Notes: generated by a model not told the origin, from the sequence alone. A stretch of DNA of 64,000 nt from an uncultured Planctomycetota bacterium (GCA_963823665.1 CAWGMQ010000004.1:1952001-2016000); one strand, 5' to 3'; shown: positions 25,164 to 36,331, counted from the stretch's first letter. Program-made: numbers and translations.

Positions 25164-25646
25164 GCCGCGGTTTCACCCCCGGGACAGCAGATTCGCGGGA
25201 CGGCGCCCAGTCCGACAAACACGGAAACGCGCATGCCTCCCATGACGTTGCGCTCGACTCCGCCCGCGCCGGCGCCAAAAGCAGCGGCCCGACCCGATGG
25301 TGCTCCATCAACGGCGAAGCCGGCAACGACCAAACCACCGGCCAGACGCTCTATTCTCGAGCGGCTTGGACTGAAAGAACGCTAAATCGCGTGCACGATT
25401 TGGAGACTTGTGCGGCTGGCACTCGCCGCGACGAGTGCTGGCGTAAGTGCCGAAAATAACGACCTGACGGTGCCCCAAGCGCGAAAAGGCCACTTACGAA
25501 GCGCAGACCCCCTCGTTCGATCATGCACCCGGAGCGGCGCCCGGCACCGACGTGATTGCCGCAACAGTGGCACAAAAACATGATAAAATGGACTGCGTTC
25601 AACCTTCAGGTCGTTCGGTTCCGCGGCTCCGTTTTGGACTGTATCG

Positions 25647-26608
25647 ATGAGCTCATTGGCCTTAGTCATCATTGCGATACTCTTCGCGCACAAGCAGCCC
25701 CTGAAACGCAGTTGCAAGTCAAGCACGAGGGTGGGTATCAGCACGGCTATTACCGCGATCCGAACGCAAACATCAAGCGGCGTTTCTTCGCCGTCAAAGT
25801 CAGCGCAACACCACCGATGATTCCTGCGGCCGCCATTCGGCTTGGTTGGAGCGCAGGCCTTAGCGCGTTCAGATCAGGAAGGACGCTCGTCGACCCTGGT
25901 GTTTTCAGGTTCGTGGAGCTCAAGCCAGGCGACACGCTCGTCTTGGGCGTCTACAGCAACGACGCGCAGGATGATACTTGGTTCGCCGTTCGCCGGGTGA
26001 GTGAGCCTGAACCTTTTGAGATCTATACCCACGACTTGAATCACCGTACATCTACCAAGATTGCCGGCGATTCCGTGCAACTTTCCACATCCGGCCAGAT
26101 CTGGTTCCGAGTTTATTTGTTCGACGACGAGGTGCGGTTCGCTTTTTTGCCCGACAATCCGGTAGGTCATGGGTCCTTTCGCCTTGCTGGAAAATATTAC
26201 ACCGAGCCGATCAAGGCCTCGGGCGAACAGTTCTCGTACCTGGCAGTCATGGTCCAAGGCGACTTCAACCCTAAGGTCGCTTCGGAGGCGAGAGACATGG
26301 CTGTGGAGATAGCCCAGAGACACCGAATTTCGCTCGCCAATCCGGGCTTGCCGCAAGAATTCGTCCGGCTCGACCGTCGCTATCTGGTCGTCATCGCTTT
26401 TGACGCGGCGCGTAACGCGTCCGAATGGATCGCCGTCAAGTTCCTGCCGGACGGATCCGCCCAGACCATGAAGCCGGACGGGTCTCTGGAAACCAGGGTC
26501 GATTTCGCTTTTCCCCACGAGGCCCAGCTCGGCGGCTTCCGCATTCCATTCGCCTTTCAAGTGCGCCCAGACTTCGAGCTGAGCTACTCAGTCGGGTTCC
26601 CCCACTGA
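25647..26608 (+). CDS. Hypothetical secreted protein with two internally repeated domains, probable frameshift near 25690
   Basis: ATG 25647 gives MSSLALVIIAILFA (signal-like), joining QAAPETQ of the long ORF after a frame change. Confidence 0.55.
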
Positions 26609-26659
26609 GCGGACGCGGGGGTAGTGGCTTCGCCAGGTTCCGTCGCATCTTGGCACTCA

Positions 26660-27610
26660 TCAAATCCCGAACGAGCGAGCCAGAATGCCGGGCGTTACCT
26701 GGCCGAACGTATGACTCTTGCCGGTTTCGATGTTCTGGAAGGTGATTTCGGCCGGGCTGAACAGGTGGGGGTCGACGGCGTAGAAATCGTGGTTATACCG
26801 GGCGAAGATCGCCGCAAACGGCTCACCGTGGTCTCGTGAGGCCGACGAAGGCACGTCAGGACCGATCGCCTCCAGACTGGCGTCGTCACCGGTGACGGAC
26901 AGAATCACCCGTGCCCCGTACAGAATGGCGTCATTGGTGCGTCCGATGGCGGCCAGGTCGTTTGCGGCAACCGGCGGCAGCGGAGCCGTCCCGAAGGCCG
27001 ACACGATCCGTGTGAGATCGAACTTCAGCTCGGCCAGCTTGTGCAATGCTGTCTCCACCGACCGGGCGACGATTTGAAGACCGCCCGCAAGACTGGCCGT
27101 CGGGGCAGCCAGTAGCGTCACCGCCGCGGTTGGAGCGCGGCAGGCCTCCGCGATCTTGCTCACAATCGCCGCCGGCGGCGGCTTTCGTGTCTCCAGCACG
27201 CCGATGACCTTCTCGGTGGTCTCGCGAAATCCGATCACGTCGAAAATCGCCTCGTTCCCCGCCGCCGCCCGCATCGGGCCCGACCCCATCGCGAAGAACT
27301 TTCCCTCCTTGAGCGCCCAGCCCGCGTATTGGCTCGCCAGGCACGCGCGAACCGGGTGGTCCGTGATGACCTGAACCAGCGGGATGGCCCTCTCCCCCAG
27401 CTCACCAGGCACGATCGAGACGCGCCCCAGCCCGCCCAGACAAATCCGCGCCAGCTCGATCCCCGCAAGAAGCCCGCCCTTGACTTCGATACCGCAGTCG
27501 ACGAATCGCCCACCACCTTCGATTGAATGCACTGCCACGCGGTATTCACCAGCATCCGCCAGCAATGTTTCCGCGACCAGGATCCCATTTCCGTTTAACG
27601 TCATCTTCAC
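26660..27610 (-). CDS. mch: Methenyltetrahydromethanopterin cyclohydrolase
   Basis: ICLGGLG, CLASQYAGW, FAMGSGPMRA, APTASLAG, ARSVETALHK, GRTNDAILYG, PSSAS, VDPHLFSPA. Confidence 0.97.
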   Translation of the reverse strand: MKMTLNGNGILVAETLLADAGEYRVAVHSIEGGGRFVDCGIEVKGGLLAGIELARICLGGLGRVSIVPGELGERAIPLVQVITDHPVRACLASQYAGWALKEGKFFAMGSGPMRAAAGNEAIFDVIGFRETTEKVIGVLETRKPPPAAIVSKIAEACRAPTAAVTLLAAPTASLAGGLQIVARSVETALHKLAELKFDLTRIVSAFGTAPLPPVAANDLAAIGRTNDAILYGARVILSVTGDDASLEAIGPDVPSSASRDHGEPFAAIFARYNHDFYAVDPHLFSPAEITFQNIETGKSHTFGQVTPGILARSFGI

Positions 27611-27723
27611 GCTCGCGTCGAATTCAGCCGGTCCGACCGGGCCGATCCTATCTCCCAGTCGGTTTGTGCACGATCTGAATTATAGCCGCTCGGAAGTGCT
27701 GGGACAGACGCGAGAGCGCAATC

Positions 27724-28675
27724 TCACTGACCTGCCGGATACCGGCTGACCACATCATGCAACCGGATGTGAAACGGCCCAAGCTTGCCCGCCGTAGTTG
27801 CCTGAGGTGATAAGGCAAAGAGACTCTTCGTGCAGCTTGGCCGCATGCACTCCAGCCGCCGTGGCTCGCTCGACTGCCTCCAGTGTCAGACCGTCGATGA
27901 CAATCTCATACGCGCAGCGGGCCTCTGTCGGCATCTCGGTCGGTACGACGCCCCGTAGGGTCGGCGCATACGCCGTATTCGTGCTCGCGCGCAGCGACTT
28001 GTACTTGCTCCCGACCTTCGAGCCCGACCGCGCCATGCCGCCGGGAAACGGCAGGATCACGTCTCGGCAGTGCTTCATCGCCACAACAGCCGCTTCAGCA
28101 GCCGCCAGGGTCGCCGCCGGCTCTTTTCCCATGAGGATGATGTTCCCGCCCGCCACGCCCTTGACCGTGCCAAAGATCTCCTCGCAGAGGAATTCACCGT
28201 CCATCACCGGAATGCGCCAGTAGCGTCTGGGGCCGAGCTTCTTCGAGATCTGCCAGCCGTCGCCGAAGTAGCGTAACTTGCCGCCCACGCTGATGGTCTT
28301 CTCGCCGACGGGCAAACCGTTGTAACACGCAGTCGTCGGGCAGGTCATCACGCACTGGCCGACTCGGTTGGCAACGGCCTTCTCCAGCGCATCCCGGCTG
28401 AATGCGAAGACGAGCAGGCTGACTCCCGGCCGGCCGTCGGGCGTTTCGTCGGGCTCGAGCATACGCTCGACGCCCGCCTCGGCATCGCAGGAGATCACGC
28501 TCGTCGCATAGCCGGTCGTCGTCTGACCGGCGATCGCGGCCCAGGCCGGGCTCTCGGCCGTCACGATCAGCCGGGCAGCCGTCATCGGAAATGCCTCGGC
28601 GAACGTGTCCTTGATCGAGAAGCTCGCGTCTTGCGCTGTGGCGACGGGCGTCGTTTCTGTCATCGGCATCATCAT
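27724..28675 (-). CDS. ftr: Formylmethanofuran-tetrahydromethanopterin N-formyltransferase (Ftr/FhcD), 1-bp insertion near 27788
   Basis: DTFAEAF, ATSVISCDAEAG, TPDGRPG, RVGQCVMTCPTTA, RIPVMDGEF, SGSKVGSKY; GNYGGKLGPFHIRL is restored by removing one base. Confidence 0.96.
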
Positions 28676-28773
28676 CCGCGATCAATTACTTGAAAGGAAA
28701 AGGGGCTGGCACTCCCGGCGGGAACATTGAACACTGTATTGTGCATCAACGATCCGTTCTTCGCGAGGCCCCC

Positions 28774-29853
28774 ATGCGAACCATTCTCTGCTTCGTCGTG
28801 GCCGCTGCATGCCTCACGCTCCTGCCGAATCCGGCTCCGGGGCAAGACAAACCCAAGCTGCAGGCGTTGAACGGCTTCATGTTCAAGGGTGTCTTTACCG
28901 AGCTCGACCCCGAACAAGCCAGGCGCAGACTGTCTCTGGCTGATATCGAAGGTCTCCACTTCGACGGTAAGTCGACGGACATCAACAATATCCTGAACCT
29001 CATGGCCCGTACCGAGAAGATGAAAGCCCGGATCGACGAGCCGCTCGAAGTGCGCGGCGAGATCCCGCTCACGCTGCCGCCCAATACAACGGGAAACGAG
29101 GCATACACCACGTGCTACTACGCGTTCAATCTGAACGGACTGGTCGTGGCCGGCAGCGGCGATCAACTGCTCCTCATCCGGCCCGAAACCCGCCGCGAGG
29201 CACCACTCCTGGAACGAACGTGGAATCGCGAAAATGTCCTGCCGATCCGCCTTTTCCGGCTGGGATACCTGCGGTCAGACCCGATCCTTGCCCAGTACAA
29301 GGACAAGCTCGGGACGAAGGCCGGTCGCGCCATCCTCGAGTCCAAGTCGAACATGGTGATCGTCGCCGACAAAGCCTCTTCACTCGAGAAGCTAGAGCGT
29401 TACATCGACATGGAGACACTCGAGGCGATGGGGGTGCCCGCGGCAGCCGGACGCACCCCAGCCGACGGCCTGCGACCCCCAACCTTGGGCGCCATCGCCG
29501 CCCGCGACCACCTTCACTTCTACCTCATGGCGTTCGCCCGGATGAGCCGGATTGCAATGAGCGGATCGAAGCAGAATGGCGTCTTCGACAGACATTACCC
29601 CGAAGCCGATGTTTGGATCGGTGAACAAGGCTATCGCGCGCTCGAAAATGAGTACAAGCGAATCAACGAATACTTCCAGCTCGCCCGCACGAACCGCAGC
29701 CAGGATTGGCCTGTTCCGAACGACGAGCGCACCCTATCGCCCGCCGAGCAAAGCAGGCTCGAGATCCGCTTCGGCGTCATCAATCCCGAACCTGAGAATG
29801 CAACCACGCCGAAAAAGAAGTCAACCACAGCAAAGCGGAAGCGACGGTCCTGA
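28774..29853 (+). CDS. Secreted hypothetical protein with a secretin N-domain-like segment
   Basis: Signal peptide MRTILCFVVAAACL; IRLFRLGYL...ILESKSNMVIVAD...LEKLERYID resembles a GspD N1-type repeat. Confidence 0.55.
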   Translation: MRTILCFVVAAACLTLLPNPAPGQDKPKLQALNGFMFKGVFTELDPEQARRRLSLADIEGLHFDGKSTDINNILNLMARTEKMKARIDEPLEVRGEIPLTLPPNTTGNEAYTTCYYAFNLNGLVVAGSGDQLLLIRPETRREAPLLERTWNRENVLPIRLFRLGYLRSDPILAQYKDKLGTKAGRAILESKSNMVIVADKASSLEKLERYIDMETLEAMGVPAAAGRTPADGLRPPTLGAIAARDHLHFYLMAFARMSRIAMSGSKQNGVFDRHYPEADVWIGEQGYRALENEYKRINEYFQLARTNRSQDWPVPNDERTLSPAEQSRLEIRFGVINPEPENATTPKKKSTTAKRKRRS

Positions 29854-29856
29854 CTC

Positions 29857-31069
29857 TCACCGATCCACCGGCACAGGTTGCTCGAGCGCCCGCTCCACGA
29901 CTTCCTGGATGACGACGCCCGGGCGCTCGTGCTCGACGATGGCGCGGTCGAAGTTTCTGTCCCAGATGCACAGAATCCGCTGGAAATGCTCGGCCAGAAA
30001 CGGGATGAGCTGCGCGGCGAACGAGTCACGGAATAGCACCGCACGCGGTAGCTCGGCATCCGTCCGCTCGGTGGCGACGGTGAGCTCCGGGTAAGCACAC
30101 CGCGCTGCCATCACAAACCGCTCGTCGGTGTGCCGAAAATGCCAGCCAGTTCTCGGCACGAGCGTCAGTCGCTCTTCCGGAAGGCGATCGGCGATTCCGA
30201 GCATTCGCGCCAGGTCGCCGCCGGGACCGTTTACCACCACGTTGCGAAACTCCGAACGCGGCACGGCGCAAGCGGTGGGAAACCGAGCTCGCAAGCGCTT
30301 GCATGATCCGCTCGTAGCCGACATAGCCTCCCCTTGCGTTCCAGTGACTGTCCGTCATGTCGTAAACCCGTTCGACCTGCTTGGCTCGCAACAGGTCTTG
30401 CCGGATATCCAGGATCGAGACGCTTGAATGATCTCTCATGTAATCCAGAAGCTGATCGAGGCGCGACCGCGAATTCACCTTGTTGTAAGCAGCGGGCATG
30501 AATTCCGGATAAATGGTGTCCTTGTTCGGCAGGATGATCATGAGATACGGAATCCCCCGCGTAGCTAGCCAGTCGCGCCTCGACTCGAGGGTTTGCCGGT
30601 ACGCTTCCAGCTCTGCGGGCGTGAATGGACGCGCGGCCCGGTACGACATCAAGGCAGACTCGCTCGCGAAATACAACCAGCCTTTTGAAGCGAGCGTCAC
30701 CGTGGGCGTCGAGCTCACTCCGAGACCACGCACCTTCGCAACCGCGAGCCAGTAGATCAGCCGTTTGCGGAAGCCGAAATGATCGTTGAAGTAAGCCTCG
30801 AACCGACCCGATAACGCCCCGAGCGTTCGGCGATCCAGCTCGAGCACGGGCCGTGCGGCCAGGTTCCGGTTTTCTTCCAGCACAAAACCTCGATCGAGCC
30901 CGAGGACCAGGCCCAAAAGCGGCAAGCAAATCATGATGACAAACACGGCAATGAGCATCCTGTCGCCGGTGCGCGAGCCGCTCGAACGCTGCGGCAACGC
31001 AGCAGCCTTTCGGAAGATCTCCGAGGGCCTGCGCCTGCTTTCTTCCTTGAGACGCGCCCTTGGAATCAT
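29857..31069 (-). CDS. AlgJ/AlgX-like SGNH O-acetyltransferase, frameshift near 30290
   Basis: ENRNLA, YFNDHFGFR, GWLYF, PNKDTIYPE, TDSHWN, GDLARML, RDSF, EVVER. Confidence 0.85.
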
Positions 31070-31070
31070 C

Positions 31071-32519
31071 TCAAAATCGGAAGTAAATGAATGGGTTGTG
31101 AGTCCCCGCAGCCAGAAGCATGGCCGAGGCCAGAAGCAACAGCGAATGCCCGGCCACGTCGGCCATCGCAAAACCTGCGTTGAGCACCGCCCGGAGAAGG
31201 CCGGGCGCCCCTGCAACCACGGCGTCTCTTACTCGCACGAATACAGGCAGTACCGGCCAGGAGCCGATCGCGCCGGCGCAGAGAGCCAGAACCAGTTGGG
31301 CGTCGACGTAGAGTCCAACGTGGTACTCGAGCCCCGAGCCGATGCCCAGTCCGGCCATCGCCTTGAGGAACGCCGCCGCCTGCGCCACGGTGTCGGCCCG
31401 GAAGAGCACCCAGCCGATAGCAACGACGAGCAGCGTGTAGAGATGCTTCACGGGCGACCAGAGCGATTCGATCACCCGCCCTGGCTTCATCCGCTCGAGA
31501 ACCAGGAATGCCCCGTGAAACAGCCCCCAGGCCGCAAACGTCCAGCTCGCGCCGTGCCAGAGCCCGCACAGGAAAAAAACGATCACCAGATTGAAATAAT
31601 TCCGCGCTCGCCCACACCGATTGCCTCCCAGCGGAATATACAGATAGTCACGAAACCAGCTCGAAAGGGAGATGTGCCACCGCCGCCAGAAATCGGTAAT
31701 CGAGCCCGCCGAGTAGGGATAGTTGAAGTTCTCCAGGAAGTCGATGCCGAACAGCTTGGCCAGCCCGATGGCCATGTCCGAGTATCCTGAAAAATCAAAA
31801 TAGATTTGGAGCGTGTAGCAGACGACCCCCAGCCATGCCAGGCTGAAGTTCAGCTCGCGGCCCGGCAGTGCAAAGATGGCATCGGCCGCGACCGCGACCG
31901 TGTTCGCCACCAGCATCTTCTTGGCCAGCCCGATGATGAACCGCCGGATCCCCTCGGCAAATCCCACCGTTGTAACCACCCGGCGTGCGATCTGGCCCGC
32001 GATATCGCCATACCGAACGATCGGCCCGGCGATCGAATGCGGAAAGAGTGTCATGTAGAGCGCAAAGTCCAGCGGCTTGGCCCCGCGGGTCTTGTGCCGG
32101 TGGATATCAACGACGTAAGAGATCGCATGAAATGTGAAAAACGAAATCCCCAGCGGCAGATGCACTGGTACCAGCTTGAAGGGTCGTCGTCCCAAGACCC
32201 CGAGCAAGACGTTGAGTTGATCAACCAGGAAGTTTGAGTATTTGAATGCGATGAGCAAGCCCAGGTTGACGACGACTGCCACGGCAACCGTGATCTTGGC
32301 GCGGTTCCTGCCCGTCAGCATCTGCACCCGCCGCCCCAGGCCGTAGTTGACCGCGATGATTGCGATCATCAGCACGACATACGCGCCTTCACCCCAAGCA
32401 TAGAAGAGAAGGCTCGCAGTCAAGAGCACCAGATTGCGGCACCTGTGCGGCGCAAGGGCATAGAGTCCGAGCAAGATCGGCAGGAAGACATACAGGAACA
32501 ATGGTGAGCTGAATAACAC
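31071..32519 (-). CDS. algI: MBOAT family O-acyltransferase, AlgI-like
   Basis: LPLGISFFTF, AGPIVRY, QIYFDFSGYSDMAIG, FWRRWHISLSSWFRDYLYIPLGG, GLWHGA. Confidence 0.93.
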   Translation of the reverse strand: MLFSSPLFLYVFLPILLGLYALAPHRCRNLVLLTASLLFYAWGEGAYVVLMIAIIAVNYGLGRRVQMLTGRNRAKITVAVAVVVNLGLLIAFKYSNFLVDQLNVLLGVLGRRPFKLVPVHLPLGISFFTFHAISYVVDIHRHKTRGAKPLDFALYMTLFPHSIAGPIVRYGDIAGQIARRVVTTVGFAEGIRRFIIGLAKKMLVANTVAVAADAIFALPGRELNFSLAWLGVVCYTLQIYFDFSGYSDMAIGLAKLFGIDFLENFNYPYSAGSITDFWRRWHISLSSWFRDYLYIPLGGNRCGRARNYFNLVIVFFLCGLWHGASWTFAAWGLFHGAFLVLERMKPGRVIESLWSPVKHLYTLLVVAIGWVLFRADTVAQAAAFLKAMAGLGIGSGLEYHVGLYVDAQLVLALCAGAIGSWPVLPVFVRVRDAVVAGAPGLLRAVLNAGFAMADVAGHSLLLLASAMLLAAGTHNPFIYFRF

Positions 32520-32863
32520 GATCGCCCTCCGGCGAGCTCGCCCCGCACTTCGCCACGTCGTTTGCCTCTGGCGGGGCGATTGCGGGAACGCAGCGGGGAA
32601 AATCCATGACCGCGCAAAGCGAGCGCACGCCCGCGCAGCAGCTCAAGAGTTGCCACAACAAGATGGGGCCTGGCTTCTAATTCATGCCCACGATCTGGTC
32701 AAGGCCAACACGGGCGTCTTGCAGGCGCCACTTCACCGTCGCATGCGGAGGCAGCGAGGTGAGAGCGACTCACGCGGCAATCCGTCCAAGAAACGCGATT
32801 CCGCCACGAATAACCCATGTTGTGCCAGCCGAAATCACACGCCATGCAAAATGGAGACGATCC

Positions 32864-33550
32864 ATGCGCGGAGACCGGATTACGCTGTGCGCGCTCTACG
32901 CGGGCATCGCCGTTCCTTGCCTCTACTTCGGCGTCCAAGCCGTCGCCGCGCCATTTTTCTCCGAATTCAGCTTTGTGGGGACGACGGCCAGCGAGCTAGG
33001 GTCTGATCGCTCCAGTCACCCGGCTTTGTTCAATTTTGGGACGATGCTGCTGGGTGTTGCGTGGCTCATCGCTTCGGTCGGTTTCTTCCGGGCGTTTCAG
33101 AGGCTTGGAGTTCACCCAGTTCTGGCATGGCCGATCTCCGCAGCCCTCATCGGCGCGGGAATTGGGAGTTTTTGGGCGGGGTGGTACCCGTTGCCGGACC
33201 CGAGGCACGCTGGTCAGCCGGCGTTTCTTGTCGCCATTCTCTCACTGCCAATTCTACTAACGGTTGCCCTTTGGAAGCGGGGCCACCCGGCGTTCAGAGC
33301 CTATTTCGTGGCCAATTTGGCGTTGCTCGCCGTTATGTTCCCGATCATGAGCGGCCTTACCGGGCTCGACACCCACACCTATCGCGGCCTATTCCAGCGG
33401 ATGTTCGCGCTCACGGTGTTTCTGCCCGTAGGCATTACTTCTGTCGTGCTCAGCAGGCGGATCCGAGCTCTTCCTGAATCATGTGATTCTCCTGCCACCA
33501 GCGGGCGGCGTGCCGCTGCGTCCACTGGTCGGCTACAGCACACCCGGTGA
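32864..33550 (+). CDS. DUF998-like membrane protein
   Basis: Several TM helices; ASELG and GLFQR motifs. Confidence 0.7.
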   Translation: MRGDRITLCALYAGIAVPCLYFGVQAVAAPFFSEFSFVGTTASELGSDRSSHPALFNFGTMLLGVAWLIASVGFFRAFQRLGVHPVLAWPISAALIGAGIGSFWAGWYPLPDPRHAGQPAFLVAILSLPILLTVALWKRGHPAFRAYFVANLALLAVMFPIMSGLTGLDTHTYRGLFQRMFALTVFLPVGITSVVLSRRIRALPESCDSPATSGRRAAASTGRLQHTR

Positions 33551-35078
33551 GGGCTTGCTCCAGACTTTCGATATCCTGGAACCGGTCCTCCCGGCGCTTG
33601 GCCATGCAGCGCACGACGACGCGCTCGAGATCAGCAGGCACGTTCATTTCGTGCTTCGTCGGCCAGACTACTTCGTCCCGCGCGTGAGCGATGACCACAT
33701 CAATCGGATTCGCGCCCTCAAAGGGCGGGCGTCTCGTCAGGAGCGCATACGCGACCGCGCCGAGTGAATAAATGTCGCTGCGACCGTCCAGGTCGCTCTG
33801 GCCGTGCGCCTGCTCCGGGGACATGTAAAGGGGCGTGCCGGAAATCCCGCCTTCCTGGGAGAGACTTACCGACGGATTCTCTCCGACCGGCTTCACCAGG
33901 CCAAAGTCGAGCAGCTTGACCACGTCGTAGAGCCCGCCGCGCTTCGCGGCAAACACATTGGCGGGCTTGATGTCGCGATGAATGAGGCCGACCTCATGAG
34001 CCTCGCGCAGTGCCTGGCAGACCTGCCGGAGTAGGTGAATGACACGGTCGGCCGGCAATGGTCCATAACGTTCGATCAAGTCCTGCAAACTGAGACCGGG
34101 TAGATACTCCATCACGTAAAAAAACGTGCCGTCATCGGTGCGGCCGTAGTCGAAGATTTCGATGGTGTTCCAGTGCGAGAGCTGAGCGGTCATGCGAACC
34201 TCGCGCTCGAAGCGGGCCAACATGTGCGCGTCGCCTGCTCGGTCCGGGTGAATAAGCTTGATCGCGCACGGGCGTTTAAGCATGAGGTGCTCAGCCAGGT
34301 AAACGTGCCCCATACCGCCGGCGCCAAGCTCCCTGAGCAGGCAGTACTGCCCGAGTTGCTTCGCTGCGTGCACTTCCCGCCGTAATGTGGTGATCAAGTT
34401 CGTGCCGACTGCCGACGCCGCGCCCGCAATGATGAGCACGAGCACGTGCTGGATGATGCCAGTAATCGTCATCGACTCGACGACGTTTGGAATCGCCAGC
34501 GCCATGCCCACGAGCAGAATGATCCGCGCAAGCGCCATCGCGCCGATCACGACCACGCCACGCCGCCAGGTACTGGGTATGAACATGCCGTAGGTGAACA
34601 TCATGAGCAGCCAGAAGGGCAGCGGCGGGGGCAAGACACTCCGGCTACCCGGATCGAGCGTCACGCGCTGTTGCAACATCAGAAAGAAGGCGGCCGGGAA
34701 ACCAAAGATCAAGAGCTCCGCGAACCGAAGCCTCGTGATGGACGCGTCCGGATAGCGCCACAAGATGGCTAAGATGAAGCTCAGAACGAGCACCACCAGC
34801 ACGTGAAAGCCCAGAAGCGCTGCATCCAGCGGCTCGTTCGTGAGAACGCCGGCGACGTGGCGGACCAAGAAGGCGGAAAAGCCGAACAGCAACATGAGCA
34901 CAGCGGCGCGCAGCCGGAGGCGCAAGAGCGACTCCGTCTCCTTGGTGAGATGCAGCGCGCTCGAGGCCGCGTCCCGCTTGGGATTGCAGACCTTCGGTTC
35001 CTCGGTGTCCAGTCTTGAAGGCTGCAGGACCGTTTCGTCGGAACCCGGCGCTGGGGATGAGTGCGTGCCTTCATTCAC
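33450..35078 (-). CDS. Ser/Thr protein kinase with multi-pass membrane N-terminal domain
   Basis: GAGGMG, AIK, HRDIKPAN, DFG, GTPLYMSPE, DIYSLG; about 6 TM helices upstream. Confidence 0.95.
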   Translation of the reverse strand: MNEGTHSSPAPGSDETVLQPSRLDTEEPKVCNPKRDAASSALHLTKETESLLRLRLRAAVLMLLFGFSAFLVRHVAGVLTNEPLDAALLGFHVLVVLVLSFILAILWRYPDASITRLRFAELLIFGFPAAFFLMLQQRVTLDPGSRSVLPPPLPFWLLMMFTYGMFIPSTWRRGVVVIGAMALARIILLVGMALAIPNVVESMTITGIIQHVLVLIIAGAASAVGTNLITTLRREVHAAKQLGQYCLLRELGAGGMGHVYLAEHLMLKRPCAIKLIHPDRAGDAHMLARFEREVRMTAQLSHWNTIEIFDYGRTDDGTFFYVMEYLPGLSLQDLIERYGPLPADRVIHLLRQVCQALREAHEVGLIHRDIKPANVFAAKRGGLYDVVKLLDFGLVKPVGENPSVSLSQEGGISGTPLYMSPEQAHGQSDLDGRSDIYSLGAVAYALLTRRPPFEGANPIDVVIAHARDEVVWPTKHEMNVPADLERVVVRCMAKRREDRFQDIESLEQALTGCAVADQWTQRHAARWWQENHMIQEELGSAC

Positions 35079-35316
35079 CTGCGGTCAACCCTATTCCCGA
35101 GGAATAGACGCTGCTACTCGGAGGCCGTCTTCGTTTGCAGGAAACCTATCGGCAGGATCGGCTCGCCCCCCCTCGTAAAGCCCTCCCCCAAGCATATTGT
35201 CGAACGTCCCGCGGGAGAATCGACATCCGGGACGAGCCAGGCCGACGAAATAGGCGATCATCGAACCGCAAGCGCAGATGAATCGGCGGCGCTCCGGCAG
35301 TTTTCGATCATGGTAG

Positions 35317-35706
35317 TCAGTCACCCTTCTCACCGGCCCGTTCCTTCCACGCCGCGAGCGCCGCTTTGATCAGCGGCTTCAGACCGGGCTGTTTCAAGTC
35401 CGCCAGCTTCTCCAGTTGCACGTGCCGATGAACTTTCCCGCTCCCCGCCATGAGCCCCTTGGGGTCGGGCAGCTCGGACCCGCGGGCGATACCCAGTTTG
35501 ACCCCTTTCTGACTCATGATAAGCGTGCAGACACATCCCTTGTACCCCGGGCCGTAGCCGAAGCCGATGACCCTGGCCGTTTTATCAAGCGTTTCCTCCG
35601 ATCCGGGTAACGCCTCGCCCAGGAGCCGTCGCGCCGCGTGCGCCAGCTCACCAACTTCCGGTGGGTAAGCGGCCAGAAACGATTCGATGTCTTGTGGAGT
35701 CGTCAT
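35317..35706 (-). CDS. DUF1801 family protein
   Basis: GSELPDPKGLMAGSGKVHRHV, LIKAA. Confidence 0.75.
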   Translation of the reverse strand: MTTPQDIESFLAAYPPEVGELAHAARRLLGEALPGSEETLDKTARVIGFGYGPGYKGCVCTLIMSQKGVKLGIARGSELPDPKGLMAGSGKVHRHVQLEKLADLKQPGLKPLIKAALAAWKERAGEKGD

Positions 35707-35770
35707 CGCGTGGGCTCCCGCACGGAGTTCCAGCCCGTTGACTCGTATGTCATCGCCCGCCCTCGCCCGA

Positions 35771-36331
35771 TCAATCCCGGCCGATTTCCTTCCAGCGCTT
35801 GTCCCACTCCCACATCAGAAGTTGCTGCTCGGCGGTAAGCGGTGCTCCGAGCCCGGCCGCCCAGTGGCAGATTTGCCCGCGGTGATGCGCATCGTGCGTG
35901 ATCGCCCCGCAAACAAGCGCCACCACGTCGGGCCGGAAATCGGCTACGTGGCCGCCGTTTGCGAGAGCACGCTCGATCAGACGAACCATTGCCCGGGCGC
36001 TCTGTCCCAGCGCCTCTTTGGCCTCACCCACAGTGACCTCGCCTCGTTCGAGTTTCGCCGGCGGCGCTTCGTCGCGCGCCGACATCTTGAGCCGCATGCA
36101 GCGCACGTTGTGCATGTGCGCAAACGTCGTGGCAATGTTCCGTCGCTTCGCGCAGGGAGGCTGTGCGCGCCAGACCTCGGGGTCAAGAATATCCAGCAGC
36201 ACCTGGTTGATGCGTTCGTTCGTGAGAAACGCCTCGACGAGCGCTCGCGAGAGATCGACCGGCTTCCGCCGATCTCTGTTGCCCGGAACGTTAGCAGCCG
36301 CGCCGGCCTTCGCCGAGCCCTTCGCGCCCAT
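35771..36331 (-). CDS. DinB/YfiT family protein
   Basis: FAHMHNVR and THDAHHRGQI metal-binding His motifs. Confidence 0.85.
   Translation of the reverse strand: MGAKGSAKAGAAANVPGNRDRRKPVDLSRALVEAFLTNERINQVLLDILDPEVWRAQPPCAKRRNIATTFAHMHNVRCMRLKMSARDEAPPAKLERGEVTVGEAKEALGQSARAMVRLIERALANGGHVADFRPDVVALVCGAITHDAHHRGQICHWAAGLGAPLTAEQQLLMWEWDKRWKEIGRD

Noticed and set aside
8874..28675. Archaeal-type C1 cluster as evidence of methanogenesis or a new pathway
   Set aside because: H4MPT/methanofuran genes are already known in planctomycetes, and no mcr or mtr genes are present
33450..33550. 100-bp convergent overlap of the kinase and DUF998 genes as a regulatory feature
   Set aside because: The DUF998 tail is low-information and probably reflects stop-codon drift or an indel
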